DNA of 64,000 nucleotides. Origin: the human T2T-CHM13v2.0 reference genome, Homo sapiens. Each line of letters starts with the position of its first letter. Position 1 is the first letter of the stretch. The notes under the pieces were generated by a model. That model ran no database searches, had not been told where the DNA came from, and saw only the letters and a program-made list of their open reading frames with translations. The stretch lies in the NCBI RefSeq assembly GCF_009914755.1, contig NC_060936.1. One strand, 5' to 3'. Positions 47,901 through 62,960 of the stretch are shown piece after piece. The position numbers and the translations under genes were made by a program.

Positions 47901-50900
47901 TTTGAGATGGAGTCTTGCTCTGTCATCCCAGCTGGAGTGCAGTAGCGCGATCTTGGCTCACTGCAACCTCTGCCTCCCGGGTTCAGCAATTCTCCTGCCT
48001 CAGCTTCCTGAGTAGCTGGGATTACAGGCGTGTGCCACCAGGCCTGGCTACTTTTTGTATTTTTAGTAGAGACGGGGTTATACCATGTTGGTCAGGCTGG
48101 TCTTGAACTCCTGACTTCGTGCCTCGGCCTCCCAAAGTGCTGGGATTACAGGCGTGAGCCACCATGCCTGGCATAACTTTTAAAATAGTGACAAAGGAAC
48201 TAGCTTTAGCAGTAAAAAGAAAAGTTATCCAGTCAGTATCTGTTCTCTCTGTGGGAATTCTGTGATATCTGAGTCTGAGGAAGAGGCAGAATTTTGGAAG
48301 CCGCAGGAATAAAGAGGGCTGCCCCCGGGCCACTAAAATCAGAGGTCCTTAGGAACGGAAGATGGGGCCTCCTTCTGATGAGATTTCCTAAAATGCTCCT
48401 GCAGGAATCCTTTTTCCTAAGCAGAAGCTGCGGGACCCTGGTAGTAAGGTGATGGGTACCAATGAAGCTTCATGTTTGAACTGTGTGAAAAACTATGTAG
48501 ACGGCAATGGGCAGTACTTTTAGAAAGTGAGAACGTGCTTGTACTATGGAAATCAGAACCCGAATTACAGACCTCACTGGGGAGTTCCTCCAGTTTAATC
48601 ACACTGTTTTCTTACCCCATCACTGGGAGAGTGAGTGCTGTGCTGTTGAGGCAAGAGGAAGTAGGGAGCAGTGAGGCCCTTGGGGAAAGGGAGAGACAGA
48701 TGGACTGGGTGTGAAGTCCCAGTGGGGATTTATGAATGGCCTGAGGGCAGCTTGACAGCACTAACGGCCTAGTGGGAAAAGAAGAGGAAGAAGGAAGACA
48801 GAAGGAAGAACGGAGAGAGGCAAAGAGCGGAAAAGCTCAGAAAAAGTGGTTATTACCTCTAGGGTGGAAAACAAACTGAAGGGTGGGCAGGAAAGTGGAC
48901 TTTCTTATTTTGCTCATGTTTGAATGTTATCCATAATAATTCATGTGTTATTTATGTGAGAATAAAATATGTCATGAAAAAAACAAAAGACAAGAAATGG
49001 TAGATAACTCCGCTATTTGGACCTTTTGCCAAAGATTCCAGGCAATGTTGGCTACTCTTACCATGATGCTGAAGACCATTCCAGCCACTTTCTCTCTCTG
49101 GAAAGTAGTTTTTTTTGCAATGTGAGGTGAACAAGACACTGGGGATCACTGAGGAATCTGTTACAGGGCACTTGAAGGCAGCTGTGTCGAGTACTTCAGA
49201 CACACACACACATGCACGTGCACACACCCCCATTCTGCCAGCTCCTGGGGCGTTACCTGTCTGGTCCTCCAGCAGGTAATACTGCTTCATGAGCTGCCAG
49301 TGGGCCTGCAGGGCCTTCGCGGTACGGGCCAGGTAGAAGGCATCAGGGTGTCTGTGCAGCAGGTCCTGGAAGGTCTCCAAGGTGGGCTGGCTGGTCTAGA
49401 GGGCAAGAAACATTCTCTAGGCATCTGGGCTTTTTCACACATGCCTCTCTGCCTTACCATCTCTACCTCCCACCTCAGCATCCCCCAGGAGCTGGAAGAA
49501 GCAAGCTAGTCACCCAAGAAGTCAGGCTTGGCTCTTCCTGAGGCCCCTGTCACAAACGCCCCTGCCAATGTGCACACGTGTGCATGTGCACATATCCAGA
49601 CAGTGGGTGGGGAGCTCTCCACATCAGTGGTTTTCTAGGTGGTCCAGCTCTCGCTGTGCCCTGATCCTCCACCTTCCCAGCCCTCAGCCTTACCGATCCC
49701 ACTTTGCTCAGCAGCTGCTCCTCAGCCTTGCTAAACAGGGCCTTGCTCTGGATGGCTGCAATAGCCTCTGGGTGCAGCTGCCTCATGGCCTGACAGGCCA
49801 ACCTGGACACGGAAAGAGACAGAGGGGAGGGGTGAAGGAAAGGTGTCAAGCAATCTGGGGTTCCTACTATTTCCCCCAAACCTACAGGCTTTTGAGATCC
49901 AGAACCTAGAGGCCAGGCCCTCATTAGGAAGGGCCTAAGGCTTAGCAGATAATCTGTGGCTCCACAGGTTTGTCAAGTGAATGAACAGCCAACTCAGAAA
50001 ACGGAGGCCCCTATGTCCCCTTCAGACCCAGTCCTTCCTGAGGCAGAGCCTTGGACCAGCTGCTGCTCCCTCCAAGTCCTTCCTCCTTACTTGGCCAAAG
50101 CTGCCACCCCCTAGCCACTGCCTACCACCTCCCCTTTCCAAGCTGAGCCCAGCCCATTTCCTGGTATATCAGAACTGCAGCTACAACTTAAGTGGTACCA
50201 GGGTCTGTGGAGAGGATGGGTGTTAAGCATCCAACCAAGCTCTGAAGACATTAAGTGACAGAGGAAGAGGAACTGTGTGTTGCATGTGTATGAGTTTATT
50301 TGGAAGCCTGTGGCTACTGGAGCTAGAAGGGGGCTTGGTGTTCTTCTATTCGACTCCCCCTTGTTAGGAGGATGAAACTGTAGGAGGTCAATGTGGAAAG
50401 GCTGGAGGTGACCCGCCCAAAGCCACAACACACACAGTGCACTCCGGGCACTCATTTTAGTTTTCTCCGCCCAAAGCCACAACACACACAGTGCACTCCG
50501 GGCACTCATTTTAGTTTTCTCTCCCATGCTATTCCCTCTGCCTGCAGACTCCCTTGCCTGGAGGCAGGAAGAAACTTCTCTTTGAAGCCTCTCAGGCCTC
50601 AGTATCACCCCCAAGGAGCCTCCAGGAGTCCTGCCTCCCAGACCCCTCCTGGGGCCCTGGTACAATTCCCTCTGCTCCAGGACCCAAATTCTGGTGTCCC
50701 AGTACCTCCCCACTGCTGGAACCAGCTCCCACTCACTTGGAGATGACAGGATCGTAGAGCAGGGCGTACCAACGCTCCTGGACCTCCCGAAGGGTGAAGC
50801 GGCAGCTGAATTTCACGCCCAGGTGGACGGAGGTCAGGTCGTTGGTCTGCAAGGCCCCAGAAGGATTTGCTCCAGCCTTGGAGCTGGGAACAACCCTTCT

Positions 50901-52987
50901 TTGCCACCCACAGGGCCCTGTTGGGCTAATTTTGGGGTGCGAACTGGAGGTTGGGGGAAAGGGGCACACTGAGCCTATGGTGGGGGCACTACCTGCAACA
51001 CAGCATTTATGAGCAGGAGGTCATCTGCAGGCTTCCAGCGGCCCAGATCCTTGGTCACCTGAAGTGGCTGTTTACTCTTCTTCACACGCTTGGTGAGTCC
51101 AGGGGCTGGGGCTGGGCTGGGTGGCACAGGAGTGCTGGGGGCTTTGGATACCTGGGCAGAGGACAGGAACAAACCAAGCTCAAAGCCAGCATCCAGTCAG
51201 CTGGCGCTTCATGACTAGAGTTTCACATACTCTGTGGCAGCGGCAGCCCCAGCCCCAGCCTCAGCACCAACTCCAGCCCACAACAGGAAGCACAGGAAAG
51301 GAGCTCAGCTTTCTAATACCCACCCCCATCCCACCAAGTTACTTCTATATAGTCCTTGACCATACGGGGTCTTCTCTTTGCTGGCAGTATCCCCGACCCC
51401 AGAGTGAAAGTTGGGTGGGGAGGATACCGGGAAATCACTCTTGCTGGTGCAGTGTCTAGGGCCACAGCAATGCCACCTGGGGGTTATTTTTACACTCTGC
51501 AATGCTGGGAACAGGCTGTCTGCTCCCAGAATAGATGCATGCTCCATGCCTCCCACACGGAATGTGATACAGGATGCAATGGCAGGGTTGGGGGTGGGGG
51601 CTGCAGCAAGAAATGGGGAGTAGGGAGAGGTGTGTTCCCAGGAGGGGGGCATCTGAGATGAGGGCTGGGGCAGCTTGGTCCTCTCACCAGCCTGCTCTGC
51701 AGGGCTCTTGGCAGCTGGCAAAGGTTCTGGGGAAACATGAAATCTGGCACTACCTCCCATCCCCTAAGTCTCCCAATTCCTCACCTTCTTCTTCTCACTG
51801 GAGGAGGGTTCACTCCCCGAACAGCGCCCTGGTTCCACCCCACTGGCCCCCTTTGCCCGGGTAGAAGATTTTGCCAGGCTGCTCTCCACCAGCTCATCAT
51901 CGAACTTCTTCCTCTTGATGAACCTGTAAAGGGTCCTGCCCAGTGAACACTCCTTACCCCACCCTGGTACCCATTCACACACCCCCAGCCCCCAAAAGAG
52001 AGCAGGTGCCCAGTAGGGTGCTATCTGCTCCAGCCTGCTTTCACTTTACGCCACAGCCTGGTTGTGGCCATGGAACTGCTACACTCCAGCCCTCTGAGAT
52101 GACAGGGTATCACACCACAAAGACTTCACGTCAGAGACCTAAGATCTCCCTCCCCTGCCCTCAGTCCCACAGGGAAGGATTTAGCAGGGACAGGAAAAGC
52201 ACAAGGCTCTGCCAATACTAAGGCCCCAGAGGGGCTCAGGCAGCCATTCCCAACAGATGGGGAGGCATGTGGCACTTAACGCCACAGACCTTCTACCCTT
52301 TCCCAGTTCCTGGCCCTCCGAACCCTTACTACCTGGAGGAGCTTCTCCGTTTAGGGATGGTGCCCAAGGCCTGGGAGGAGGCTCGCTTCTGCCCTGCCAG
52401 TGACTCCTCATCCTCTGAGCGGCTGGCAGTGCCTGATGCCATCAGGGATGAATCTAGCAGCCCCTGAGAATCTAGCAAGAGAGAAATGGTGGATTCGGGC
52501 CTCCTAAGATCCTAGAGCCTCTGCAAATGGGACCCCTCCCCAGCCCCCTTCCCCTGCCAGCCCTCTTGGCCCCTCCCCTGCCTCCTTGACACTTGAGGTT
52601 TTAAGGTAGAGTTCCTTGGCCATCCAGATCCCATCTGGGCTCAGACCTGGCCCAGACCTTCCACGCTGGGCAGTTCCCCCGGTGCCACGTGTCATGTCGT
52701 GCAGCACATGGTGCTCAGGTCAGACTGGTGATGCCGACACGCTGGGCTCTGGGCATAACTGCTCCCTCTGCCATCAAAATGCAGCCGTGCTAAAGAGCAG
52801 CAGCTCAACAGCAAGTCAGTCAACTGTGGCTCTGCCGACAGGTACATGGGTGGTGCTGGCCCAGGGGGAGGTGGCAAGGCCTAGCCAGGACCGAAAGACA
52901 CACGTGCCAGGCACAGAGTGGAATCAGCAGATGCTTGGCGCCCGAGCATTTGGGGAGCTGTCCCGGCCTCATACTACCTTTGTCCAT
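44899..52987 (-). CDS. MCRS1: MCRS1 microspherule protein 1 (MSP58; INO80/NSL subunit with C-terminal FHA domain); 14 coding exons, 1389 nt = 462 aa
   Basis: [17 protein letters not shown]...[22 protein letters not shown]...[30 protein letters not shown] (FHA)...AKITPQ*. All introns GT-AG and the frame closes. Confidence 0.97.
45099..45226 (-). CDS. MCRS1: MCRS1 coding exon (FHA)
   Basis: [25 protein letters not shown]...SVVE|gtgag. Confidence 0.93.
45470..45557 (-). CDS. MCRS1: MCRS1 coding exon (FHA)
   Basis: [29 protein letters not shown]|gtatc. Confidence 0.93.
45709..45791 (-). CDS. MCRS1: MCRS1 coding exon
   Basis: [27 protein letters not shown]|gtgag. Confidence 0.93.
45985..46077 (-). 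CDS. MCRS1: MCRS1 coding exon (coiled coil)
   Basis: [30 protein letters not shown]|gtgag. Confidence 0.93.
46195..46223 (-). CDS. MCRS1: MCRS1 29-nt micro-exon
   Basis: cag|G GAC ATG CGA GAT GAG GTC CTG GAA CAT G|gtaagt; required for frame continuity. Confidence 0.9.
46551..46626 (-). CDS. MCRS1: MCRS1 coding exon
   Basis: [24 protein letters not shown]|gtgag. Confidence 0.92.
47330..48172. mobile_element. Alu monomer (+, about 47330-47455) and AluS (-, 47881-48172) in an MCRS1 intron
   Basis: Alu consensus. Confidence 0.8.
49257..49395 (-). CDS. MCRS1: MCRS1 coding exon
   Basis: [46 protein letters not shown]|gtaac. Confidence 0.93.
49694..49802 (-). CDS. MCRS1: MCRS1 coding exon
   Basis: [36 protein letters not shown]|gtaag. 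Confidence 0.93.
50414..50521. repeat. Perfect 2 x 54-bp tandem duplication
   Basis: 50414-50467 is identical to 50468-50521. Confidence 0.95.
50737..50846 (-). CDS. MCRS1: MCRS1 coding exon
   Basis: [36 protein letters not shown]|gtgag. Confidence 0.93.
50993..51151 (-). CDS. MCRS1: MCRS1 coding exon
   Basis: [25 protein letters not shown]...LLINAVLQ|gtagt. Confidence 0.93.
51785..51923 (-). CDS. MCRS1: MCRS1 coding exon (basic, NLS-like)
   Basis: [18 protein letters not shown]...SEKKK|gtgag. Confidence 0.93.
52333..52471 (-). CDS. MCRS1: MCRS1 coding exon 3
   Basis: tag|AT TCT CAG GGG...TCC TCC AG|gtagt. Confidence 0.93.
52647..52695 (-). CDS. MCRS1: MCRS1 alternative N-terminal coding segment [16 protein letters not shown] (MCRS2-type 475-aa isoform)
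   Basis: ATG at 52695; CCA G|gtctga donor at 52647/52646 splices in frame to exon 3; 462-3+16 = 475 aa. Confidence 0.75.
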
Positions 52988-53097
52988 CCTCTTACAGTCC
53001 CAAAGCCACTGGTTCCAAACCACCGGGCTAGGAGGAACGGTCCCACAGGCTCATCCAAGGATTCTGACCAGGTGAGCTTAAAGGCTGAGAGGAGATT
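52978..53097 (-). CDS. MCRS1: MCRS1 exon 2 (110 nt 5' UTR + ATG GAC AAA G; start codon 52987-52985)
   Basis: cctcatttctcctttgcag acceptor; AAAG|gtagta donor. Confidence 0.88.
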
Positions 53098-53849
53098 CTG
53101 CAAAGGAGAAATGAGGCTCCCTGAGGCTCAGATTTCCAACTGGCCAGCCTCACTTCCTTATACTGGCTCAGGTCCCCCAGGGTCCCATAAGCTAGGGAAG
53201 ACATAAGGACAGGAAAGAGGCATAAGGCCCCACTCTGCCAATAATAGCCTTAGACATCAGTCTTGTGAAGGTCACTGGCACCTTTCAGAGTATGATAACA
53301 GCTATGGACTGCAGAAAAGGGTGCAAACACATACTATTTTAGAGGGTTCATAGACCCTTTAATTCTACTGGTATCTCCTAGGTTAAGCGCCTTGACTATA
53401 AACTAGCAAGAGACAAGGGATTCTTTGGCCCACATTTTTCTTTACTTCAGCTGTCCACTCAGCTCAGCAGCACCAGCCTTCCCCTCCCAGGCCAAAGCAG
53501 GAAAAAAGAAAGGGAGACAAAACTCCAACCAGTCCATCTCGTTTTTTTTTTGTTTTTCTTTTCCATTTGGGGTTTTTACTGAAGATTTAGTAAGTGGTAT
53601 TTCCATGAGATACCATCTCGTGGAAACCAAAAACCACTGTTTGGGAACTGCGTGATTATCAACCACGCTGTGCCCCAACAACCCCTAGAGAACCCAGGTA
53701 CTGGACTTTCTCGGGGCGCTCCTCTCGTGAGTCCCCACTTCTAACCAGGGTGGCTCTTAGCTCAGTGTTCTAGCCCTGTCCCCAGGTGAGCCTGTCGCTC
53801 TCCGCTCCATAGGCTACGACTAAGAATCTTGACATCTGAGGAGAGGGCG

Positions 53850-55000
53850 AAGGGGCCCGAGCTTGCCGGCAAACTGAGGTAGGGTCTGTGCCCCTTCCTT
53901 ACCGGACCCTCCGCCCCTCGTTCTCCCAAGAGTGCACACCCAAGGTAGGGGATCGGTCCAGGTCTGTCTCAAGAACTCGGGGTAGGAGCATTGATGAAGT
54001 CACCTCTGCAACTCAAAGCAGAGCACCAAGTAGCCTTGGTTTGAGACCCACAGGCTGGTGGCTGGGGAGGTGGGGGTAAACTCGCAAGCCCATTCTCACC
54101 CCACGGTCTCCATGCCTTTGCGCATGCGTAACACTTCGAGCCAGATTCTAACCCGGTCCGGCCCACGCATGCGCAGCTTTTCGGGGCGCCACTGGGGCGG
54201 GGCCCCAAACTTGGGGGGTGGTCGTCCCCGGCGGCACTCTGCAAAACTCCATTTCATCCCCAACTCCTCTGAGAACCCTCAGAGGCGAACCGCGAGGTCT
54301 CACCATTCCTAGACTGCCAGATCCAACAATTTCTCCGCGGCGACGGTAGCAGCCGCAGGGCCAAAGCCGGCTTCCGTGAGGTACGTCTACTTCCGGTTAA
54401 CGAACCAGGGGGCTGGCAATCTCTTCCGGTTCGTCTTGGCAACGTGTGTGAAGGGGGCGTGGCCATGGTACGGAAAGTGTAAATATTTTACCAATAGCGG
54501 AAAGTAAAGGCTTTCCTAGTTGGGACAGCATATAGGGAAACGTTAAGGATTATAGGCACCGGAGAGGTAACCCGGCTTGAGGGGTTGGTTAAAGGGAAAG
54601 GCGAGACTTAGGGCGAGACCGAGCGGGGCTAATTGAGGCGACCCGGGGAGGGGCGGGACCGCGGACTGGATTTCGACTTCCAAATTCCCACGAGGTATAG
54701 GAGTCTGAGGGTTGCACAGGACCTTATGCATTGTTTGACTCCTCCAGAGCCTTTAGAGAAACTTCTATCAGGCCCGCCTGCTAGGCACTAGTCGGGGAGA
54801 TAATGTAGCCAGGGAGATGTGGCGGACAGAAAGGGCAGAGAGGCTCTCTGAGGAGCGGATGGAGGATCGTGGGCCGCTTTACTGAGAAGGAAGAGACCCT
54901 GCGAGAAGGAGTAGTGTCGACTTGGTCCCGTCAGCCGGACCCCACCTGGACGGCTGGGGCCACTTGTGGTCGCCGGGAGGTAAGAGAGAAAACCAATGGA
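53850..55000. promoter_or_regulatory. CpG-island housekeeping promoter of MCRS1 (likely bidirectional)
   Basis: NRF1-type GCGCATGCG / CGCATGCGCA at about 54120 and 54165; ETS/GABP CTTCCGG at about 54390 and 54423; GC boxes GGGGCGGG at about 54194 and 54650. Confidence 0.8.
54304..54400 (-). other. MCRS1: MCRS1 predicted first exon (5' end approximate)
   Basis: GGAATG|gtgaga donor at 54304/54303 within the CpG-island promoter. Confidence 0.65.
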
Positions 55001-55484
55001 AGCACCTTCAGAGGAGAGTGCCTTGGAAGGAATCTTGGGATGGGAGAACGAACCTGTCGGAAAAATTGGGAATTTGGGGCTGTGAGAGATGTTCCGGAAA
55101 ACTAGAAAGACTGTTGTCTAAAAGAGGAATTCTGTTTTATGCTTCCTTTGCGAGGTACTAAAGTCTAGCAGCTATAGAGAGACATACTTCAGCTCAGAAT
55201 AAGAAAGATTCAGTTCCAAAGCTGTCCATCAGAGGTGTCAAGAACACATAACATGGACATTGCTAGGGAATTCAAGTGTCAAATGAGAGACTGGCCCTTT
55301 TGGCCCTGACGGTATACTATGGCCCTCTGCTTCGAGAGTACCAACCTCATTTACTGTTCTGTGGACTTGTTTAATGAGTATGTACTTATTTTAACTCCCA
55401 TGAAAGAGTGTGTGTTTTATTTTTTAACAGGCACTTGATTAAATATATTATGTAAACTTGTGAAAATATCAGAAAACCAATGAA

Positions 55485-56640
<1,156 letters not shown>

Positions 56641-56959
56641 CAACTTCCTGAGTGAAAGAGGAGAAAGGAAAACTCTTGGCTTCCAGCTGCCTGAGGTAAT
56701 TCCTTCCCCCAAGGTGTCACGAGGGAAAGGTGGTGGTCACCATCATCTCCTGTTTGGTACCTGGAAACTCAAACTTCCCCTCTGGTCCTCAATCCTCCCT
56801 ACTATTGGATAAAAAGAAACCTAGGCACCCTTGTGGTATGGATGCAGGGATTTCTAAAGGGCAGCTTCCTGCTCAAGATTGTGTTTTCTGTTTACACAGC
56901 GTGGTGGACTATACTAGCTATAGTTAGTATATATAGTATAGTATCTATACTAGATGAAA

Positions 56960-58450
56960 GTTCTCAGGATGGTCTTCTATGAAGAGGTGATGACTGAGCT
57001 GAGATTTGATGTCGATAGGCAACCAGTCATACAATAAGGTGGGGTACACCGACCCCATCAGAGGGGATAGCTCTGGCTCCAAAGCAGGAAGGAGTTTGGT
57101 GAGTTTGAGGAACAGGAAGGACCCCGGTGTGGCTGGAGCAGGGCGATCAATAAAAAGAGGGAAAGAGTTGAGAACAGAGGAGTCATCAGAGGGCAGCCCA
57201 TGCCAGCCCGTGTAGTTCTCAGTATGGATTTTGGCCTTTATTCTTGGTTCATTGCAAAGCTCTTAAAGGATCACAAGCAAGGGCATCCTGTGATATGATC
57301 TAAGTTTGAAAATGATCCCTCTGGCTGCTTGTGAAGACTAGATTGCAGGGGGCAAAAGAGGAAGCAGAAAGATCAGGTAAAAGGGTATTGCAGTGATCTA
57401 GGTGAGAGGTAAACCCAGGTGGTTTAGCTGGCATGTGGGGGTGGTGAAGATGGACAGGAACTGTGACTGTGGCACATTTTGGAAATAGAACCCCAAGGAG
57501 TTGCTGATGGATTGGATATGGGATATGAGGGAAAAGGAAGAATCAAGGATGAGACTGAGATTTTTGGCCTAAGAACCTGGGTGGATGGTAGAACCCCCTG
57601 CTTCAGAATATATCCAGAATGTGACCCTATCTTACCAGTTTTCCACGGTCTCCTGGTCCAACTCCCCATTATCCATTATCTGTTACCTGGACTATAGCAA
57701 GAGTTCCCTAACTGGTCTCCCAGCTTTCATCCTTACTGCCCTTCTTTAGTTTATTCACAGCAGCTGGGGTATTCCTATTACATTGGCAATCTACTCACAT
57801 CCTGCTTCTGTTCAAAGTCCTCCATCTTCCTCAGGATAAAAGCTCATGGCCCACCCCCTGTTGCTTCTCTGACTTCACCTCCTGCTCTTCTCACTTGCTC
57901 TTTCAAAAATTTCAGTCCTCATCCCCTGCTCACTGTACCTCTTCTTGGCTTTCTCCTTAGCCCTTATTATCTTCTAATTTACTTATTTTTTTCTGTTTAC
58001 TATAGGTTTTCCAGTAGTAGAATGTAAGCTTTAGGAAGGCAGGGTTTTTGTCTATTTTGTTCACTGCTATAGTAGGTGCTTAATAAATATTTATTGAATA
58101 AGTATCTTATGTAAATTGACTGCAGAGAAGTCTGTGGGAGGAGCAGGTTTGTACAGGGGCAGAAAAAAAGTTCTGTTTTAGACATGTTAAGTTTGAGGTG
58201 CCTGTAAGGCATCTTGGTGGTGCTGTAGAATAGAGAGGTGGGCACGTTAGTTGGGTCAGGGAAGAGGCCTGGACTGGAGATATCCACTGGGGAGTCATCA
58301 TCAGGAAGATCTGGATGTGGATGCTTAAGGAGAGAGTGTGGATAAGAGAATGAGGAGGGCTCAAGACCATTGCATGGGACATGCCAACATTTAGGGCAAG
58401 GCAGAGGAAGAGGGGCAAGAAAATAAACCAAAAGAAGAATGTGGATAAAA
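56960..58450. mobile_element. L2 fragments in both orientations
   Basis: L2 motifs (gctgatggattggatatggg..., gtaggtgcttaataaatatttattgaat, agttctgttttagacatgttaagtttgagg). Confidence 0.65.
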
Positions 58451-58510
58451 AGAAAAGCTAGCAATGGCACCCATTATCCAGCTTCCAGTTAACTCTTCCT
58501 GGCTCTAGAA

Positions 58511-58842
58511 CAGTGGTCCCCAAGCATTTTGGCACCAGGGACTGGTTTTGTGGAATACAATTTTTCCACAGACAGGGGGTTGGGGAACATGGTTTCAGGA
58601 TGAAACTGTTCCACCTCAGATCATCAGGCATTAGATTCTCATAAGGATGGTGCAACCTAGATCACTCGCATGTGCAGTTCACAATAGGTTTCTCCCTCCT
58701 ATGAGAATCTAATGCCACCGCTGATCTGACAGGAGGCGGAGTGCAGAGCTCAGGTGGTAATGCTCACTCGCCTGCTGCTAACCTCTTGCTGTGCAGCCCA
58801 GTTCCCAACAGGCCACAGCCCAGTACATGTTGGGGACCCCTG
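58511..58842. mobile_element. MER1-type hAT-Charlie DNA transposon
   Basis: Terminal inverted repeats cagtggtccccaa / ttggggacccctg; 8-bp TSD ctctagaa / ctctagag. Confidence 0.85.
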
Positions 58843-58999
58843 CTCTAGAGTAGTCTTTCATAGTCAGGCACTCTTTCCCTGGGGCTGATGTGGTTTACAA
58901 TGGAGGCCACATTCATGGTTCCTCCTGGAACTTTGCTCAGGGCCCCAGGCTCCATCTTCTGGGGGATTAGAACACAGTGGTTAAGAACATAGGCTCTGA

Positions 59000-59310
59000 C
59001 CAGACCTGGGAGCTCACGCCTATAATCCCAGCATGGTGGGAGGCCGAGGCGGGCAGATCACTTGACCTTAGGAGTTCAGGACCAGCCTGGGCAACATGGC
59101 AAAACCCCTTCTCTACTAAAAATACAAAAATTAGCCAGGTGTGGTGACACACACCTGTGGTTCCAGCTATTTGGGAGGCTGAGGTAGGAGGACTGCTTGA
59201 GCCTGTAGAGGTCAAGGCTGCAGTGAGCCATGATCGCACCACTGCACTCCAGCCTGGGCGACAGAGTGAGACCCTATCTCAAAACAAACAAACAAACAAA
59301 CAAAAAAAAC
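59000..59310 (+). mobile_element. AluJ-like with (CAAA)n tail
   Basis: Alu consensus. Confidence 0.85.
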
Positions 59311-60099
59311 CCTCCAAAAATATAGGCTCTGTGAGTATGTAGAACTAAACAATCAAAAAGAACATAGGCTCTGGAGCCAAAGTACGTAGTTTGAAACTGC
59401 CTCTATCACCTATCAACTTATGACTTTGAGCAAGTTACATTACTGTGCCCCAGTTTCATCATCTGTGGGGAAATAATAGTCCCCACTTCATTAGGATGGT
59501 TGTGAGGAGTAAATCGCTTACTACTGAAACACACAGGTGGTATATAGCAAGTGTTCAAAAAATGTAAGCTGTTGTTACTGCTCTTAGGGCTTAGGTCTGA
59601 GTGCCTCCTTTCAGGTGGTCTGACTCTAGGACCCAGACTTTGATAGCACAGCCCCTCCCCACTCTTGTCCACTAGAGCAGGACTAGTTGCTGTCTTAGCT
59701 AGGGCAGCTACCTCCTGGGACCCAGTCAGAGGACACAGGATCTTGCTGCTGTTGGCTCAAGTATTTTATCTTCCTAGGAAGTCAAATCAAATAAAGCTAT
59801 TGACCAATACGAAGTTACCTTGGGATTCACAATGCAATTTAAGTCAGCGTACACTCTACTTGAGATCTGTATACTGTGTTTTGTTTGTTTGTTTGTTTGT
59901 TTGTTTGTTTCTGTAAGGGAAAAGAAACTATCTGCAAAGGAAGATTCTCATGCACAGATTGAAACCCTCTGAGATATCAACCCCCTAGGTAAGAGAATCA
60001 CAGACAAAACTGTATGAAACCTCTAGCCTCTGTAACATGATAAACACATTTTACTCCAAAGGCCAGCATCATGCTCACTGAAGAAATCTGGATTATTCT

Positions 60100-62960
<2,861 letters not shown>

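Noticed and set aside
50414-50521. Direct repeat as a possible CRISPR-like array
   Set aside because: Only two adjacent copies with no spacer, in a eukaryotic intron.
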